Notes under the pieces: model-generated
The model's input: the letters and a program-made list of their open reading frames with translations, nothing else
The model's database searches: none
What the model was told of the DNA's origin: nothing
DNA from: Acidobacteriota bacterium
Lineage (GTDB): Bacteria > Acidobacteriota > UBA6911
Length of the DNA stretch: 64,000 nucleotides
Direction of reading: 5' to 3'
Assembly: GCA_041501225.1 (NCBI GenBank)
Contig: JBGQNR010000004.1
Coordinates: 11,466-75,465 of the forward strand
Part shown: piece after piece, positions 45,582 to 54,672 of the stretch
How the letters are laid out: each line of letters begins with the position of its first letter
Position numbering within the stretch: position 1 is the stretch's first letter
Position numbers and translations under genes: made by a program

Positions 45582-46385
45582 ATGATTCGAGAGCCCGCGG
45601 TCGCAGGTCAGTTCTACTCCGCAGATGCTGACAAGCTCAGCAGCAGCATTCGCTCCTTCCTGGGGCCGGACAAGCCCCTGCTCGAAGCGAAGGGTATCGT
45701 GGCACCGCACGCAGGTTATATCTATTCCGGGGCGGTGGCCGGCGCTGTCTATCAGGCTGTGCGTTTGCCCAGGCGTTTCATCATCCTCGGTCCCAACCAC
45801 ACGGGAAGGGGACGCGCGCTATCCTTGTATCCGCCGGGCCAATGGCGCACCCCACTCGGGCTGGTTTGCATCGACGAGGAACTGAACCGAAATCTCATGC
45901 AGGAGTGCAGTCTTTTGGAAGAGGATGCGGCCGCCCATGTGCGCGAGCACTCCATCGAGGTCCAAATCCCTTTTCTCCAGTTGCTGGCTGCCAATCCCAG
46001 CATCGCAGCCATCTGCGTCGGGACCGCAGACTATTCTTCACTCGAAACCTTGGGGCACGCCTTGGCCCGCGTCATCAAGCTGGCACCGGAGCCCGTGCTG
46101 TTGGTCGCCAGCTCCGATATGAGCCATTACGAATCGGCGGAAGTCGCTACCAAAAAAGATCGCTTTGCGATTGAAAAGATGGAAAAAGTCGATCCCCAAG
46201 GCCTCTACAGCACGATCTTCGAGAAGGATGTAAGCATGTGCGGCTTCGCCCCCGCCGTCGCGCTGCTGACCGCTTGCCGGGACTTGGGGGCCTCCGGCGG
46301 CCGCCTGATCCGCTATGCCACGTCGGGCGACGTCAGCGGCGACTTCGAACGTGTGGTCGGTTACGCAGGCATAGCCGTTTGCTGA
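45582..46385 (+). CDS. MEMO1-family protein (AmmeMemoRadiSam system protein B-like)
   Basis: IREPAVAGQFYS...GIVAPHAGYIYSG...HSIEVQIPFLQ...SSDMSHY. ATG 45582 lies behind GGAGGAGG. Confidence 0.9.
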   Translation: MIREPAVAGQFYSADADKLSSSIRSFLGPDKPLLEAKGIVAPHAGYIYSGAVAGAVYQAVRLPRRFIILGPNHTGRGRALSLYPPGQWRTPLGLVCIDEELNRNLMQECSLLEEDAAAHVREHSIEVQIPFLQLLAANPSIAAICVGTADYSSLETLGHALARVIKLAPEPVLLVASSDMSHYESAEVATKKDRFAIEKMEKVDPQGLYSTIFEKDVSMCGFAPAVALLTACRDLGASGGRLIRYATSGDVSGDFERVVGYAGIAVC

Positions 46386-46422
46386 CGTTGATACCCTGCC
46401 TGCGCGAAGCGTGAGCCGACCC

Positions 46423-46935
46423 CTATTTTCTGCGACGGCTTTTCCTGGCCGGGAGGGGAGTTGTCTGGGTTGCCCTGTGGCTGTGACAGATTGCGACAGC
46501 CAGGGCGTCGGCTGCATCATCCGGGGTCGGAGTTTCGGGCAGGCTGAGCAAAAGCCTGACCATCATCTGCACCTGACTCTTTTCCGCGCGCCCATATCCT
46601 ACGATTGCGCTCTTGATTTCGAGCGGAGAATACTCGAAGACCGGGAGGCCCTGCTGCGCTGCAACCAGGAGGGCCACGCCCCTGGCATGGCCCAATTTAA
46701 GCGCAGACTGGACATTCGCCGAGTAAAAAACATTCTCAATGGCGACCGCATGGATCTCCTCGCGGGAGAGGATTTCCATAAGCTGGGTGTAGATCTGCAG
46801 CAGTCGTTCGTGGAAGGCCCGGCGCGGTGAAGTTCGGATCGCGCCGAAGAGGATGGAGGAATGCCTGGAACCGTCCGACTCGATGAGACCGTAACCGGTG
46901 GTGTTGCTTCCAGGGTCAATCCCCAGTATTCGCAT
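46423..46935 (-). CDS. ruvC: Crossover junction endodeoxyribonuclease RuvC
   Basis: MRILGIDPGSNTTGYG...EYSPLEIKSAIVGYGRAEKSQV...DAADALAVAICH. Confidence 0.95.
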   Translation of the reverse strand: MRILGIDPGSNTTGYGLIESDGSRHSSILFGAIRTSPRRAFHERLLQIYTQLMEILSREEIHAVAIENVFYSANVQSALKLGHARGVALLVAAQQGLPVFEYSPLEIKSAIVGYGRAEKSQVQMMVRLLLSLPETPTPDDAADALAVAICHSHRATQTTPLPARKSRRRK

Positions 46936-46947
46936 CAGTAAACGGTC

Positions 46948-47694
46948 TCACGATGCTTCTTGCATCGCTGCAGCGTCGATGTCGAAGTTCGACCAGACAT
47001 TCTGGATGTCTTCCTGGTCCTCGAGAGCCTCCATCAGTTTCAGCATGGTTTGGGCCTCTTTGCCCTCGAGTTTTGCATAATTCTGCGGCACCATCGAGAT
47101 TTCCGAGACGGCCATGGGAATGCTTGCCGCTTCCAGCGCAGCCTTGAGAGTCTCGAATTTTTCCGGAGCGGAGAAGATCTCATAATTGTCGCCGTCTTCG
47201 CTCATATCCTCGCCGCCATTGCTGAGAACGAGATCGAGCAGCACCTCCTCGCTGGCGGAGGCTTTCTCGACGACAAAGTAGCCTTTTCTGCCGAACATCC
47301 AACCCACGCAACCGGATTCACCAAGATTCCCCCCATTCTTGGAGAGAATGTGCCGCAGTTCAGCGACCGTGCGGTTGCGATTGTCGGTGAGGACGCGCAT
47401 AAAGATCGCAGCCCCACCGGGCCCATACCCTTCGTAGGTCACCTCTTCATAGGATACGCCGGGAAGTTCGCCGGTGCCGCGCATGATGGCGCGCTTGATA
47501 TTCTCCGCCGGCATGTTGGCCGCCTTAGCGGTGTTGACGATAAGACGCAGCCGTGGATTGGCATCAAGGTCACCGCCTCCGCTGCGCGCAGCGACCGTCA
47601 TTTCCTTGATCAGCCGCGTAAAAATGCGCCCGCGTTTGGAATCAGCCGCAGCTTTTTTATGTTTGATAGAATGCCACTTTGAATGACCAGACAT
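46948..47694 (-). CDS. YebC/PmpR family DNA-binding transcriptional regulator
   Basis: MSGHSKWHSIKHKKAAADSKRGRIFTRLIKE...YEGYGPGGAAI. Confidence 0.95.
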   Translation of the reverse strand: MSGHSKWHSIKHKKAAADSKRGRIFTRLIKEMTVAARSGGGDLDANPRLRLIVNTAKAANMPAENIKRAIMRGTGELPGVSYEEVTYEGYGPGGAAIFMRVLTDNRNRTVAELRHILSKNGGNLGESGCVGWMFGRKGYFVVEKASASEEVLLDLVLSNGGEDMSEDGDNYEIFSAPEKFETLKAALEAASIPMAVSEISMVPQNYAKLEGKEAQTMLKLMEALEDQEDIQNVWSNFDIDAAAMQEAS

Positions 47695-47788
47695 AATGCC
47701 GCTCCTTTTCACACAGTATCCTTTTATAATAGCATATTTACTGGTACTTTGTACCCTTCAAGGCAAAAGCAAACCGAATGGAGCCGCT

Positions 47789-48361
47789 ATGACGCAAGAA
47801 GAGATCTTCGCCCTTTTCAAGTCCTCGGGTGCCCTTCTCGAGGGCCATTTTCGCCTCTCATCGGGGCTGCACAGCAGCCGCTATTTCCAGTGCGCGCTGG
47901 TACTCCAGTATCCTGATCATGCATCGACATTGGGTGCCGCCCTTGCAGGCTTGATGCTTGAACGAGCAGCTAAGCCCAGACTGGTCATCGCCCCGGCGCT
48001 CGGCGGCATCCTAGTTGCGCATGAGGTGGCGCGTGCGCTCGGAGTTCGCGCCCTGTTTGCGGAACGCCAGGATGGCGTCCTCTCCTTGCGCCGCGGTTTC
48101 CACATTGAGCCCGGCGAGACATGCTTCGTGGTCGAGGACGTAGTTACTACGGGAGGGTCCACTCGTGAAACGATGGATGTCATTAAGCAAGCAGGCGGAA
48201 TCGTAACCGCCGCCGGCGCCATCGTGGACCGGAGCGGCGGCAGAGCAGACCTGGGAGTGCCAAACGTGGCCGTGGCGGTGCTGGACTTTCCCAATCACCC
48301 GCCAGAGGACTGCCTTATGTGCCGTGCCGGCAGCAAAGTGGTCAAGCCGGGAAGCCGATGA
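47789..48361 (+). CDS. pyrE: Orotate phosphoribosyltransferase
   Basis: GHFRLSSGLHSSRYFQC and the PRPP motif CFVVEDVVTTGGST. ATG 47789. Confidence 0.92.
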   Translation: MTQEEIFALFKSSGALLEGHFRLSSGLHSSRYFQCALVLQYPDHASTLGAALAGLMLERAAKPRLVIAPALGGILVAHEVARALGVRALFAERQDGVLSLRRGFHIEPGETCFVVEDVVTTGGSTRETMDVIKQAGGIVTAAGAIVDRSGGRADLGVPNVAVAVLDFPNHPPEDCLMCRAGSKVVKPGSR

Positions 48362-49101
48362 GATCCCGCCGCAATATCAAGCTCCTGCTTGGATTTGACG
48401 GCAGCGCCTATCATGGCTGGCAGATCCAGAGCCAGCAGAATACCATCCAGGGCGAGTTGCAGCAGGCGATCGGCCAAATCACGAGCGAGCAGACCAGCCT
48501 TGTGGGGAGCGGCAGGACAGATGCCGGTACCCATGCCCGTGGTTTTGTAGCTAACTTCTCGACCGCCGCACGCATTCCCGCAGCAAGCCTAGTGCGCGCA
48601 TTGAACAGTGTCCTGCCCCCGGACATCCGAGTTCTTTCGGCAAGAGCGGTTCCTGCGGATTTTCATGCGCGGCGCAGCGCGCGCTCCAAGATCTATCGCT
48701 ACCAGATCTACCGCGGCGCAACCCTGCCGCCGCATCTGGCAAGGGAGCATTTTCATTACCCTTATCCGACAGACCTCTCCATCATGAAACAGGCGTCGGA
48801 GTTATTCGTGGGTGCGCACGATTTTGCCAGTTTCGCGGCTCAGGGGGCAGGGCGGGAAAACACTGTGCGCCAGATCTACAGTTGCCAGTTGACAAACCTC
48901 GGCCATCGGCTGATTTTTGCCGTCGAAGGAAACGGCTTTTTACATCATATGGTCCGGAATATGGTGGGTACCCTTCTGGAGCTTGGACGGGGACAGATGA
49001 CCTTGCCGGAGTTTGAGACTCTTTTTACAGTGCGCGACCGCACCCGGGCCGGTTTCACGGCCCCGGCCCGCGGTCTCATTCTGATCAAGGTGAATTATTG
49101 A
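48358..49101 (+). CDS. truA: tRNA pseudouridine(38-40) synthase
   Basis: YHGWQIQ...GSGRTDAGTHA...GAHDFASF...FLHHMVRNMVG. ATG 48358 overlaps the pyrE stop (ATGA). Confidence 0.94.
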   Translation: MRSRRNIKLLLGFDGSAYHGWQIQSQQNTIQGELQQAIGQITSEQTSLVGSGRTDAGTHARGFVANFSTAARIPAASLVRALNSVLPPDIRVLSARAVPADFHARRSARSKIYRYQIYRGATLPPHLAREHFHYPYPTDLSIMKQASELFVGAHDFASFAAQGAGRENTVRQIYSCQLTNLGHRLIFAVEGNGFLHHMVRNMVGTLLELGRGQMTLPEFETLFTVRDRTRAGFTAPARGLILIKVNY

Positions 49102-49187
49102 TCCTATTATCCTGCGCGGCATTTTCGGCTGCATTGCTCTTTTGTGATACCATGGTCCTGCAATCATAGCGCGAGGTCGCATTTCCT

Positions 49188-49952
49188 ATGACTCGTAAGA
49201 TCGTGCTGGCCGAACCAGGAAGTATCGAAGCGAGCCTGCTCAGGCAAATTGACCCGACCCGGCTGCCGCGACATATCGCCGTCATTATGGACGGCAATGG
49301 CAGGTGGGCACGTCAGCGCCGGCTGCCGCGAGTCGCCGGGCACCGCGCCGGGATCGACTCCGTCCGGGAGATCATCGAAGTCTCCGCGCGGCTGGGCCTG
49401 GAGGTTCTGACGCTGTATGCGTTTTCGGTGGAGAACTGGAAAAGGCCTCAGACTGAAGTTCGCACCCTCATGAGCCTGCTCAAGGAATACATCAAACGCG
49501 AGCTGGACAGGCTGGCTGACGGCAATATCCGCTTTTTCGCCATCGGCAGGGTGGAAGAACTCGCTCAGTCGGTGCGCTGTGAGCTGGATCGGGCCGAAGA
49601 AAAGACCCGCGGTAATACCGGAATGATCCTGAACGTCGCGCTCAACTACGGGGGCCGAGCGGAGCTGGTGGATGCCTTCAACAGGTTGCTCGAACAGCAG
49701 AATGGGAATCGCGTCACCGTGACGGAGGAGCTGATTTCCCAGTCTCTCTACACCGCGTCAGTTCCCGACCCGGACCTGCTCATCCGAACCAGCGGTGAAA
49801 TGCGGCTCAGCAATTTCCTGCTGTGGCAGGTCGCCTATGCCGAGATTTATGTGACTTCGACGTACTGGCCGGATTTCCGTCGCAAGCATTTGTTCGAGGC
49901 CATTCTCGACTACCAGAAGCGGGATCGGCGCTACGGCGGCATCCAGGGTTGA
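49188..49952 (+). CDS. uppS: Isoprenyl transferase (undecaprenyl diphosphate synthase)
   Basis: HIAVIMDGNGRWA...LTLYAFSVENWKRP...IRTSGEMRLSNFLLWQ. Confidence 0.96.
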   Translation: MTRKIVLAEPGSIEASLLRQIDPTRLPRHIAVIMDGNGRWARQRRLPRVAGHRAGIDSVREIIEVSARLGLEVLTLYAFSVENWKRPQTEVRTLMSLLKEYIKRELDRLADGNIRFFAIGRVEELAQSVRCELDRAEEKTRGNTGMILNVALNYGGRAELVDAFNRLLEQQNGNRVTVTEELISQSLYTASVPDPDLLIRTSGEMRLSNFLLWQVAYAEIYVTSTYWPDFRRKHLFEAILDYQKRDRRYGGIQG

Positions 49953-50216
49953 GGTAGGATTCAGTCGTCAGGTTTCCCGTTCAGTTCTTCATGAAAGTGG
50001 GCGACAGGCGCCGCCCGGCGCTCAGATCCTGGGAATATTTGATCTCGAGCTCCGGCCGGCGGCCGGGACCTGCTTGCGATAAGTGAACCCTCGCATGCTA
50101 ATGCGAGTTGTGAACCAGACACATGCGTTTTTACGCTTGTGCGGAGGTCGGAAGTCGGAGGTCCGAAGCCGGCAATCAAAGCAGGCGGCAGTTTTTGTCT
50201 CTTGGAACATGCTGAT

Positions 50217-51020
50217 ATGTTGTTGCGGATTCTCTCTGCGTTGGTGCTGGTTCCGGTCACTCTCGCCATCGTCTTTCTCGCCCCACCCTTCTATTACCTG
50301 GCGGCATTGGGGATCGTTGGATCACTCTGTCTGCATGAATTCTTTCAGATTATGCGCGGGATGGGATGGCGCGGGCAGCCCTGGTTCGGGTATGCAGGCT
50401 TCTGGATTCTCCTCATCGGTTTGTGGGCGCCGCGGATTCCGGCAAGCTCACTGGGTGCGGGCCTGGTGATCGCGGCTTTTCTCGCTGCCATGGGGAGGCG
50501 CGATCCAATCCGCGAGCGAGTTCAGGGTCTGATGGCTAATCTGCTGGGCATTTTCTACCTGGGGCTTTGTCTCAACTCCGCCTTGGCGGTGCGCTTCAGC
50601 TTTGGCCCTCAGGCCGGCCTGGAGTGGACCCTTATTCTGTTTGCCGTTGTTTGGACAGGAGACACCGCCGCCCTCTTTGCCGGCAAGAGCTTTGGCCGAA
50701 CACCCTTTGCCCGCTATCTCAGCCCCAAAAAAACCAACGAAGGAGCTTTGGCCGGTCTCGCCGCAGGGGTACTGGTGGCTGTGCTTTTGCGTCAATTCTT
50801 CTTCACGGACCTCGCGCTCAAACACGTGGTGGTTGCTGCGCTGCTCACCGGCATCTTCGGCCAACTGGGCGACTTGGCGGAATCGATGCTGAAACGCGCG
50901 GCCGAGGTGAAGGAAAGTTCGCATTTGATCCCCGGTCATGGCGGCGTGCTCGACCGCATTGACAGCCTTCTGTTTGCCTTCCCGGTCCTCTGCCTGTATC
51001 TCCAGCAAATCCAATCTTAG
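50217..51020 (+). CDS. cdsA: Phosphatidate cytidylyltransferase
   Basis: DTAALFAGKSFGR...SPKKTNEGA...SMLKRAAEVKESSHLIPGHGGVLDRIDS. ATG 50217. Confidence 0.93.
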   Translation: MLLRILSALVLVPVTLAIVFLAPPFYYLAALGIVGSLCLHEFFQIMRGMGWRGQPWFGYAGFWILLIGLWAPRIPASSLGAGLVIAAFLAAMGRRDPIRERVQGLMANLLGIFYLGLCLNSALAVRFSFGPQAGLEWTLILFAVVWTGDTAALFAGKSFGRTPFARYLSPKKTNEGALAGLAAGVLVAVLLRQFFFTDLALKHVVVAALLTGIFGQLGDLAESMLKRAAEVKESSHLIPGHGGVLDRIDSLLFAFPVLCLYLQQIQS

Positions 51021-51085
51021 CGATTCAGTGTCCCGCGATTTCTGCTAAAATGTTCGTTTTGCATTAGCCGATAAGGCACGTACTC

Positions 51086-52270
51086 ATGAAACTCATTTCG
51101 ATTCTGGGCTCGACTGGATCTATTGGCACGAACACCCTCCGGGTTACGTCGAGCTTCCCGAATACATTTCGAGTTGTCGGGCTGGCTGGGGGCAGGAATG
51201 TAGGCTTGCTGGCAGATCAAGTGGAAGCGATCCATCCGCGAATCGCCTCCAGTCTGGACGAGAACACTTCCCGCGAACTGCAGGCAATTCTGCAGCATAG
51301 GGGATACCCCCTGGATGACACCCGTTTCGTGCACGGCGAGGAGGGGAACACGGAAGTCGCGTGTTATCCGGAGGCAACGATGGTCCTGTCGGCCATTACG
51401 GGAGCCGCGGGGCTGGTGCCGACCTATCGAGCCGTCGAAAGCGGAAAACACATCGCCCTGGCCAATAAGGAAACCCTGGTCATGGCAGGCCAATTGATCA
51501 TGGAAAAGGCGCGCGTGCACGGCGTGGAGATCCTGCCGGTCGACAGCGAGCACAGCGCGATCCACCAGTGCCTGCGCAGCGCAGGCCGGAGCGAGATACG
51601 CCGCCTGATCCTGACGGCGTCGGGCGGTCCGTTTCGTGACACGCCCAAGGAGAGATTTGCTGCGGTGACGCTCGAGGAAGCCTTAAACCACCCGACGTGG
51701 CGCATGGGGAAGAAGATCACCATCGATTCCGCGACGCTCATGAATAAAGGGCTTGAAGTCATCGAAGCCTCCTGGTTATTCGGGGTGACTCCCGACGAAA
51801 TCGATGTCGCAGTGCACCCCCAAAGTATTGTGCACTCTATGGTTGAGTTTGTTGACGGGTCTATTCTGGCCCAACTCGGGCTCACGGATATGCGCATCCC
51901 GATTCAATACGCCCTGACTTACCCTAAGCGCTGGCCCTGCGCGCTCCCCTCGCTCGACATCCATAATCTGACTAAGCTTGAGTTCCTGCGGCCTGATCGC
52001 GAGAAGTTCCAGTGCCTTAATCTGGCGTATCGGGCGCTGCGAGCGGGGGGGACCGCTCCGGCAGTGCTCAACGCCGCCAACGAAGTCGCGGTTGAGTCTT
52101 TTCTAAACCAGAGGATCGGGTTCGACGATATCCCCAGAATTATTGCGTCAGTAATGGACGCTCATCATCCGGAGGATGCAGCCTCCCTCGATGCCGTTCT
52201 TGGCGCCGACACTTGGGCGCGGGCGAAGGCAGGGGAGTTTTCGGACCGCTCGCGATCAGTTGCACATTGA
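51086..52270 (+). CDS. dxr: 1-deoxy-D-xylulose-5-phosphate reductoisomerase
   Basis: ILGSTGSIGTNTL, LANKETLV, PVDSEHSAI, NHPTWRMGKKITIDSATLMNKGLEVIEA. Confidence 0.97.
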   Translation: MKLISILGSTGSIGTNTLRVTSSFPNTFRVVGLAGGRNVGLLADQVEAIHPRIASSLDENTSRELQAILQHRGYPLDDTRFVHGEEGNTEVACYPEATMVLSAITGAAGLVPTYRAVESGKHIALANKETLVMAGQLIMEKARVHGVEILPVDSEHSAIHQCLRSAGRSEIRRLILTASGGPFRDTPKERFAAVTLEEALNHPTWRMGKKITIDSATLMNKGLEVIEASWLFGVTPDEIDVAVHPQSIVHSMVEFVDGSILAQLGLTDMRIPIQYALTYPKRWPCALPSLDIHNLTKLEFLRPDREKFQCLNLAYRALRAGGTAPAVLNAANEVAVESFLNQRIGFDDIPRIIASVMDAHHPEDAASLDAVLGADTWARAKAGEFSDRSRSVAH

Positions 52271-52330
52271 TTGAGAGTTTTTTCTTTTTGGAGCATCATT
52301 AGATGGTGGGGGCATGAGGAGTTTTTGCCA

Positions 52331-53713
52331 ATGATAGTCACCCTTCTCGCTTTCATTGTTGTTTTAGGGATCGTGATCACAGTCCACGAATTCGGCCATT
52401 TTGCCATGGCCAAGCTGCTGAAAATCCGCGTGATCACCTTTTCCCTCGGTTTTGGCCCGCGTCTCGCAGGCTTTACCCGCGGGGGGACGGAATACCGCAT
52501 AAGCCCACTGCCGCTCGGTGGCTATGTCAAGATGGCAGGGGAAGCGTTTGATGAGGATCGCCAGGGGGCTCCGGATGAGTTCCTGTCCCATCCCAAGTGG
52601 CATCGGCTGCTGGTTGCCCTCGCAGGCCCCTTCATGAACGTGCTGCTGGCAGTGGCCATTGTCACAACTTCCTACATGGAAGGTATGCTGGTGCCGCGCT
52701 ATCTCAAAGGCCCCGCCGTCATAGGACCGATCGTACCCGATTCGGTAGCCCAGCGCAGCGGACTGAAATCGAAAGACCGCGTGGTGGCGATCGATGGCAA
52801 CAAGATCGATACCTGGCAAAACATGGAAATTGCTTTGGGGACAGCCCCGCGGGATACGCTCAATGTGACGGTCGATCGAAGCGGCCCGTTGGTAAACCTG
52901 CATTTCGATCCGCCCCGGTCGGAAAATGTGGACCCGGACAGCCTGGGTTTTAAGTACATGTTGCCCAGAACGATTGTGCAGGATTTGGATCCCAATATGC
53001 CGGCACAGAAGGCCGGCCTCCAGCCAGGGGATGAGATTGTCTCGGTGCAGGGTGGCGGCAAGAGGGGCAGCAGCTACGACGAGATTCTCAATATCATTGC
53101 GGAAAGCAAGGATGTGCCGCTGCAATTCGAGGTCCGCCGTCCTCAGGTTCGGCCTCAACCGGCCACCGACTGGGACACCATGATCCAGGAACTCCCTCGC
53201 AATTCAACAAATCATACGCTCACGATCACCCCGGTCGAGGACAAGGGTCGCGTGCTTATCGGCTTCTATGCTGAAATACCTGCAGATCATGAACGGTATG
53301 GTTTGTTGGGATCTATAGCCCAGTCGGTTCGCCACAACTACGATGTCACGCTGCTTACTTTCCGAGTGATCGGCAGGATAATTACCGGAAGTGCATCGGT
53401 AAAGACTATTTCTGGGCCGATCGAGATCGCGAGCGTAGCCGGGATCGCTGCTCGTACTCGCAGCGCCCGGCTATTCTTCGGTTTTATCGGGCTATTGAGT
53501 CTCAACCTCGGAATTTTTAACTTGCTCCCGATCCCTATTTTGGACGGAGGCGTGATTGCTCTGCTCCTGATCGAAGGCGTGATAGGGCGGGACTTAAGCC
53601 TTGGAATCAAGGAGAAGATCGTTCAGGTGGGTTTTGTCTTCCTGATCCTCCTGATGGGATTGGTAGTGATCAACGATCTCACCAAAATCAACTTCAACAA
53701 TATCTTCCGCTAA
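52331..53713 (+). CDS. rseP: RIP metalloprotease RseP (M50 with PDZ domains)
   Basis: HEFGHF, two PDZ-like segments (AQRSGLKSKDRVVAIDG, AQKAGLQPGDEIVSV), NLLPIPILDGG. ATG 52331. Confidence 0.94.
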   Translation: MIVTLLAFIVVLGIVITVHEFGHFAMAKLLKIRVITFSLGFGPRLAGFTRGGTEYRISPLPLGGYVKMAGEAFDEDRQGAPDEFLSHPKWHRLLVALAGPFMNVLLAVAIVTTSYMEGMLVPRYLKGPAVIGPIVPDSVAQRSGLKSKDRVVAIDGNKIDTWQNMEIALGTAPRDTLNVTVDRSGPLVNLHFDPPRSENVDPDSLGFKYMLPRTIVQDLDPNMPAQKAGLQPGDEIVSVQGGGKRGSSYDEILNIIAESKDVPLQFEVRRPQVRPQPATDWDTMIQELPRNSTNHTLTITPVEDKGRVLIGFYAEIPADHERYGLLGSIAQSVRHNYDVTLLTFRVIGRIITGSASVKTISGPIEIASVAGIAARTRSARLFFGFIGLLSLNLGIFNLLPIPILDGGVIALLLIEGVIGRDLSLGIKEKIVQVGFVFLILLMGLVVINDLTKINFNNIFR

Positions 53714-53732
53714 AAGCCGCCCAGCGCAATTC

Positions 53733-54071
53733 TCATTTGAAGCTGTTGATTGCTGCCTGCTCGTCATCGAAGGTCTGGAATACCGTCAGAAGTTTGGTGA
53801 TAGCGAGGAGTTCATGAATCTTCTTGGTCAGATTCAGAAGCTTCAGCTGCCCGCCCTGATTGGTAACGGTCGTGAAGCTGCTTACCAGTTCTCCAATACC
53901 CGAGCTATCGATGTAGTTGACGTCGGCAAGGTTGAGCACAATCTTCTTGCCGCCGTTCTTTAGCACTTCTCGAACTGTGTTGCGAATGGCCATCGTCCCT
54001 TCGCCGAGGGTGATTTTTCCGCTGCAATTCAGCATGTGTACGTCCCCGACGATACGATTATCGATCTTCAT
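53733..54071 (-). CDS. STAS-domain anti-sigma-factor antagonist (SpoIIAA/RsbV-like)
   Basis: 112 aa; NYIDSSGIGELV carries the phosphorylatable Ser motif (DSSG). The start overlaps the upstream kinase stop (ATGA). Confidence 0.88.
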   Translation of the reverse strand: MKIDNRIVGDVHMLNCSGKITLGEGTMAIRNTVREVLKNGGKKIVLNLADVNYIDSSGIGELVSSFTTVTNQGGQLKLLNLTKKIHELLAITKLLTVFQTFDDEQAAINSFK

Positions 54072-54520
54072 ATCTCTGTCTCCTTAACTGCTGAGTTAGA
54101 AGGTACCTTCTTTACCATATGCACTTCCATCCCACCCTGCGAGTGTGGAATGAATTCTACTTCATCCATAAAGGATCGAATATAAAAGATTCCGCGTCCG
54201 CTGGGCTTCAGGAGGTTCTCGGGATCGAGTGGATTGGGTAACTTGTCGACCTGAAAACCGTTGCCCTGGTCCTTTACAGTAATGTCCAGGTGATCCGGGG
54301 CAACCTCAAAGCGGATGTCGACTCTCTTGTTCGGGTCCAGCTTGTTGCCGTGCTGGATGGCATTGGTCACCGACTCCCGAACCGACATTCCGATCCAGTG
54401 AGCCGTGTCATCATCGAAACCCATGAAGTCCGTGATGCAGTCCGTGAGTGTCTGCACCAAGTCCAGGTACTCGAGCGCGCTGCCGATCCTGATCTCAATC
54501 CTATCGCTCTTGACGGTCAT
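54068..54520 (-). CDS. RsbW/SpoIIAB-like anti-sigma serine kinase (HATPase_c)
   Basis: N-box RESVTNAIQHGN, DQGNGF, SGRGIFYIRSFMD. About 150 aa. ATG 54520 (MTVKSDRIEIRI) is preferred. Confidence 0.85.
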   Translation of the reverse strand: MTVKSDRIEIRIGSALEYLDLVQTLTDCITDFMGFDDDTAHWIGMSVRESVTNAIQHGNKLDPNKRVDIRFEVAPDHLDITVKDQGNGFQVDKLPNPLDPENLLKPSGRGIFYIRSFMDEVEFIPHSQGGMEVHMVKKVPSNSAVKETEI

Positions 54521-54587
54521 CCGATGGCATCTAAGATAGTAGAATAGCTCATGAGAACCATTGGGCACTCACGCCCAGCCCCGGGCA

Positions 54588-54617
54588 ATCTTAGCTGTGG
54601 CTCTTGGAGCCTGTCAA
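54588..54617 (-). promoter_or_regulatory. Promoter candidate for the kinase/STAS pair
   Basis: On the minus strand: TTGACA (54617-54612), 18-nt spacer, TAAGAT (54593-54588), about 65 nt upstream of ATG 54520. Confidence 0.4.
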
Positions 54618-54672
54618 GGCAGGATTTACTACGAAATGAGGGTGCACGGTTTCCCCCGGGCTGCGGCAAAAC

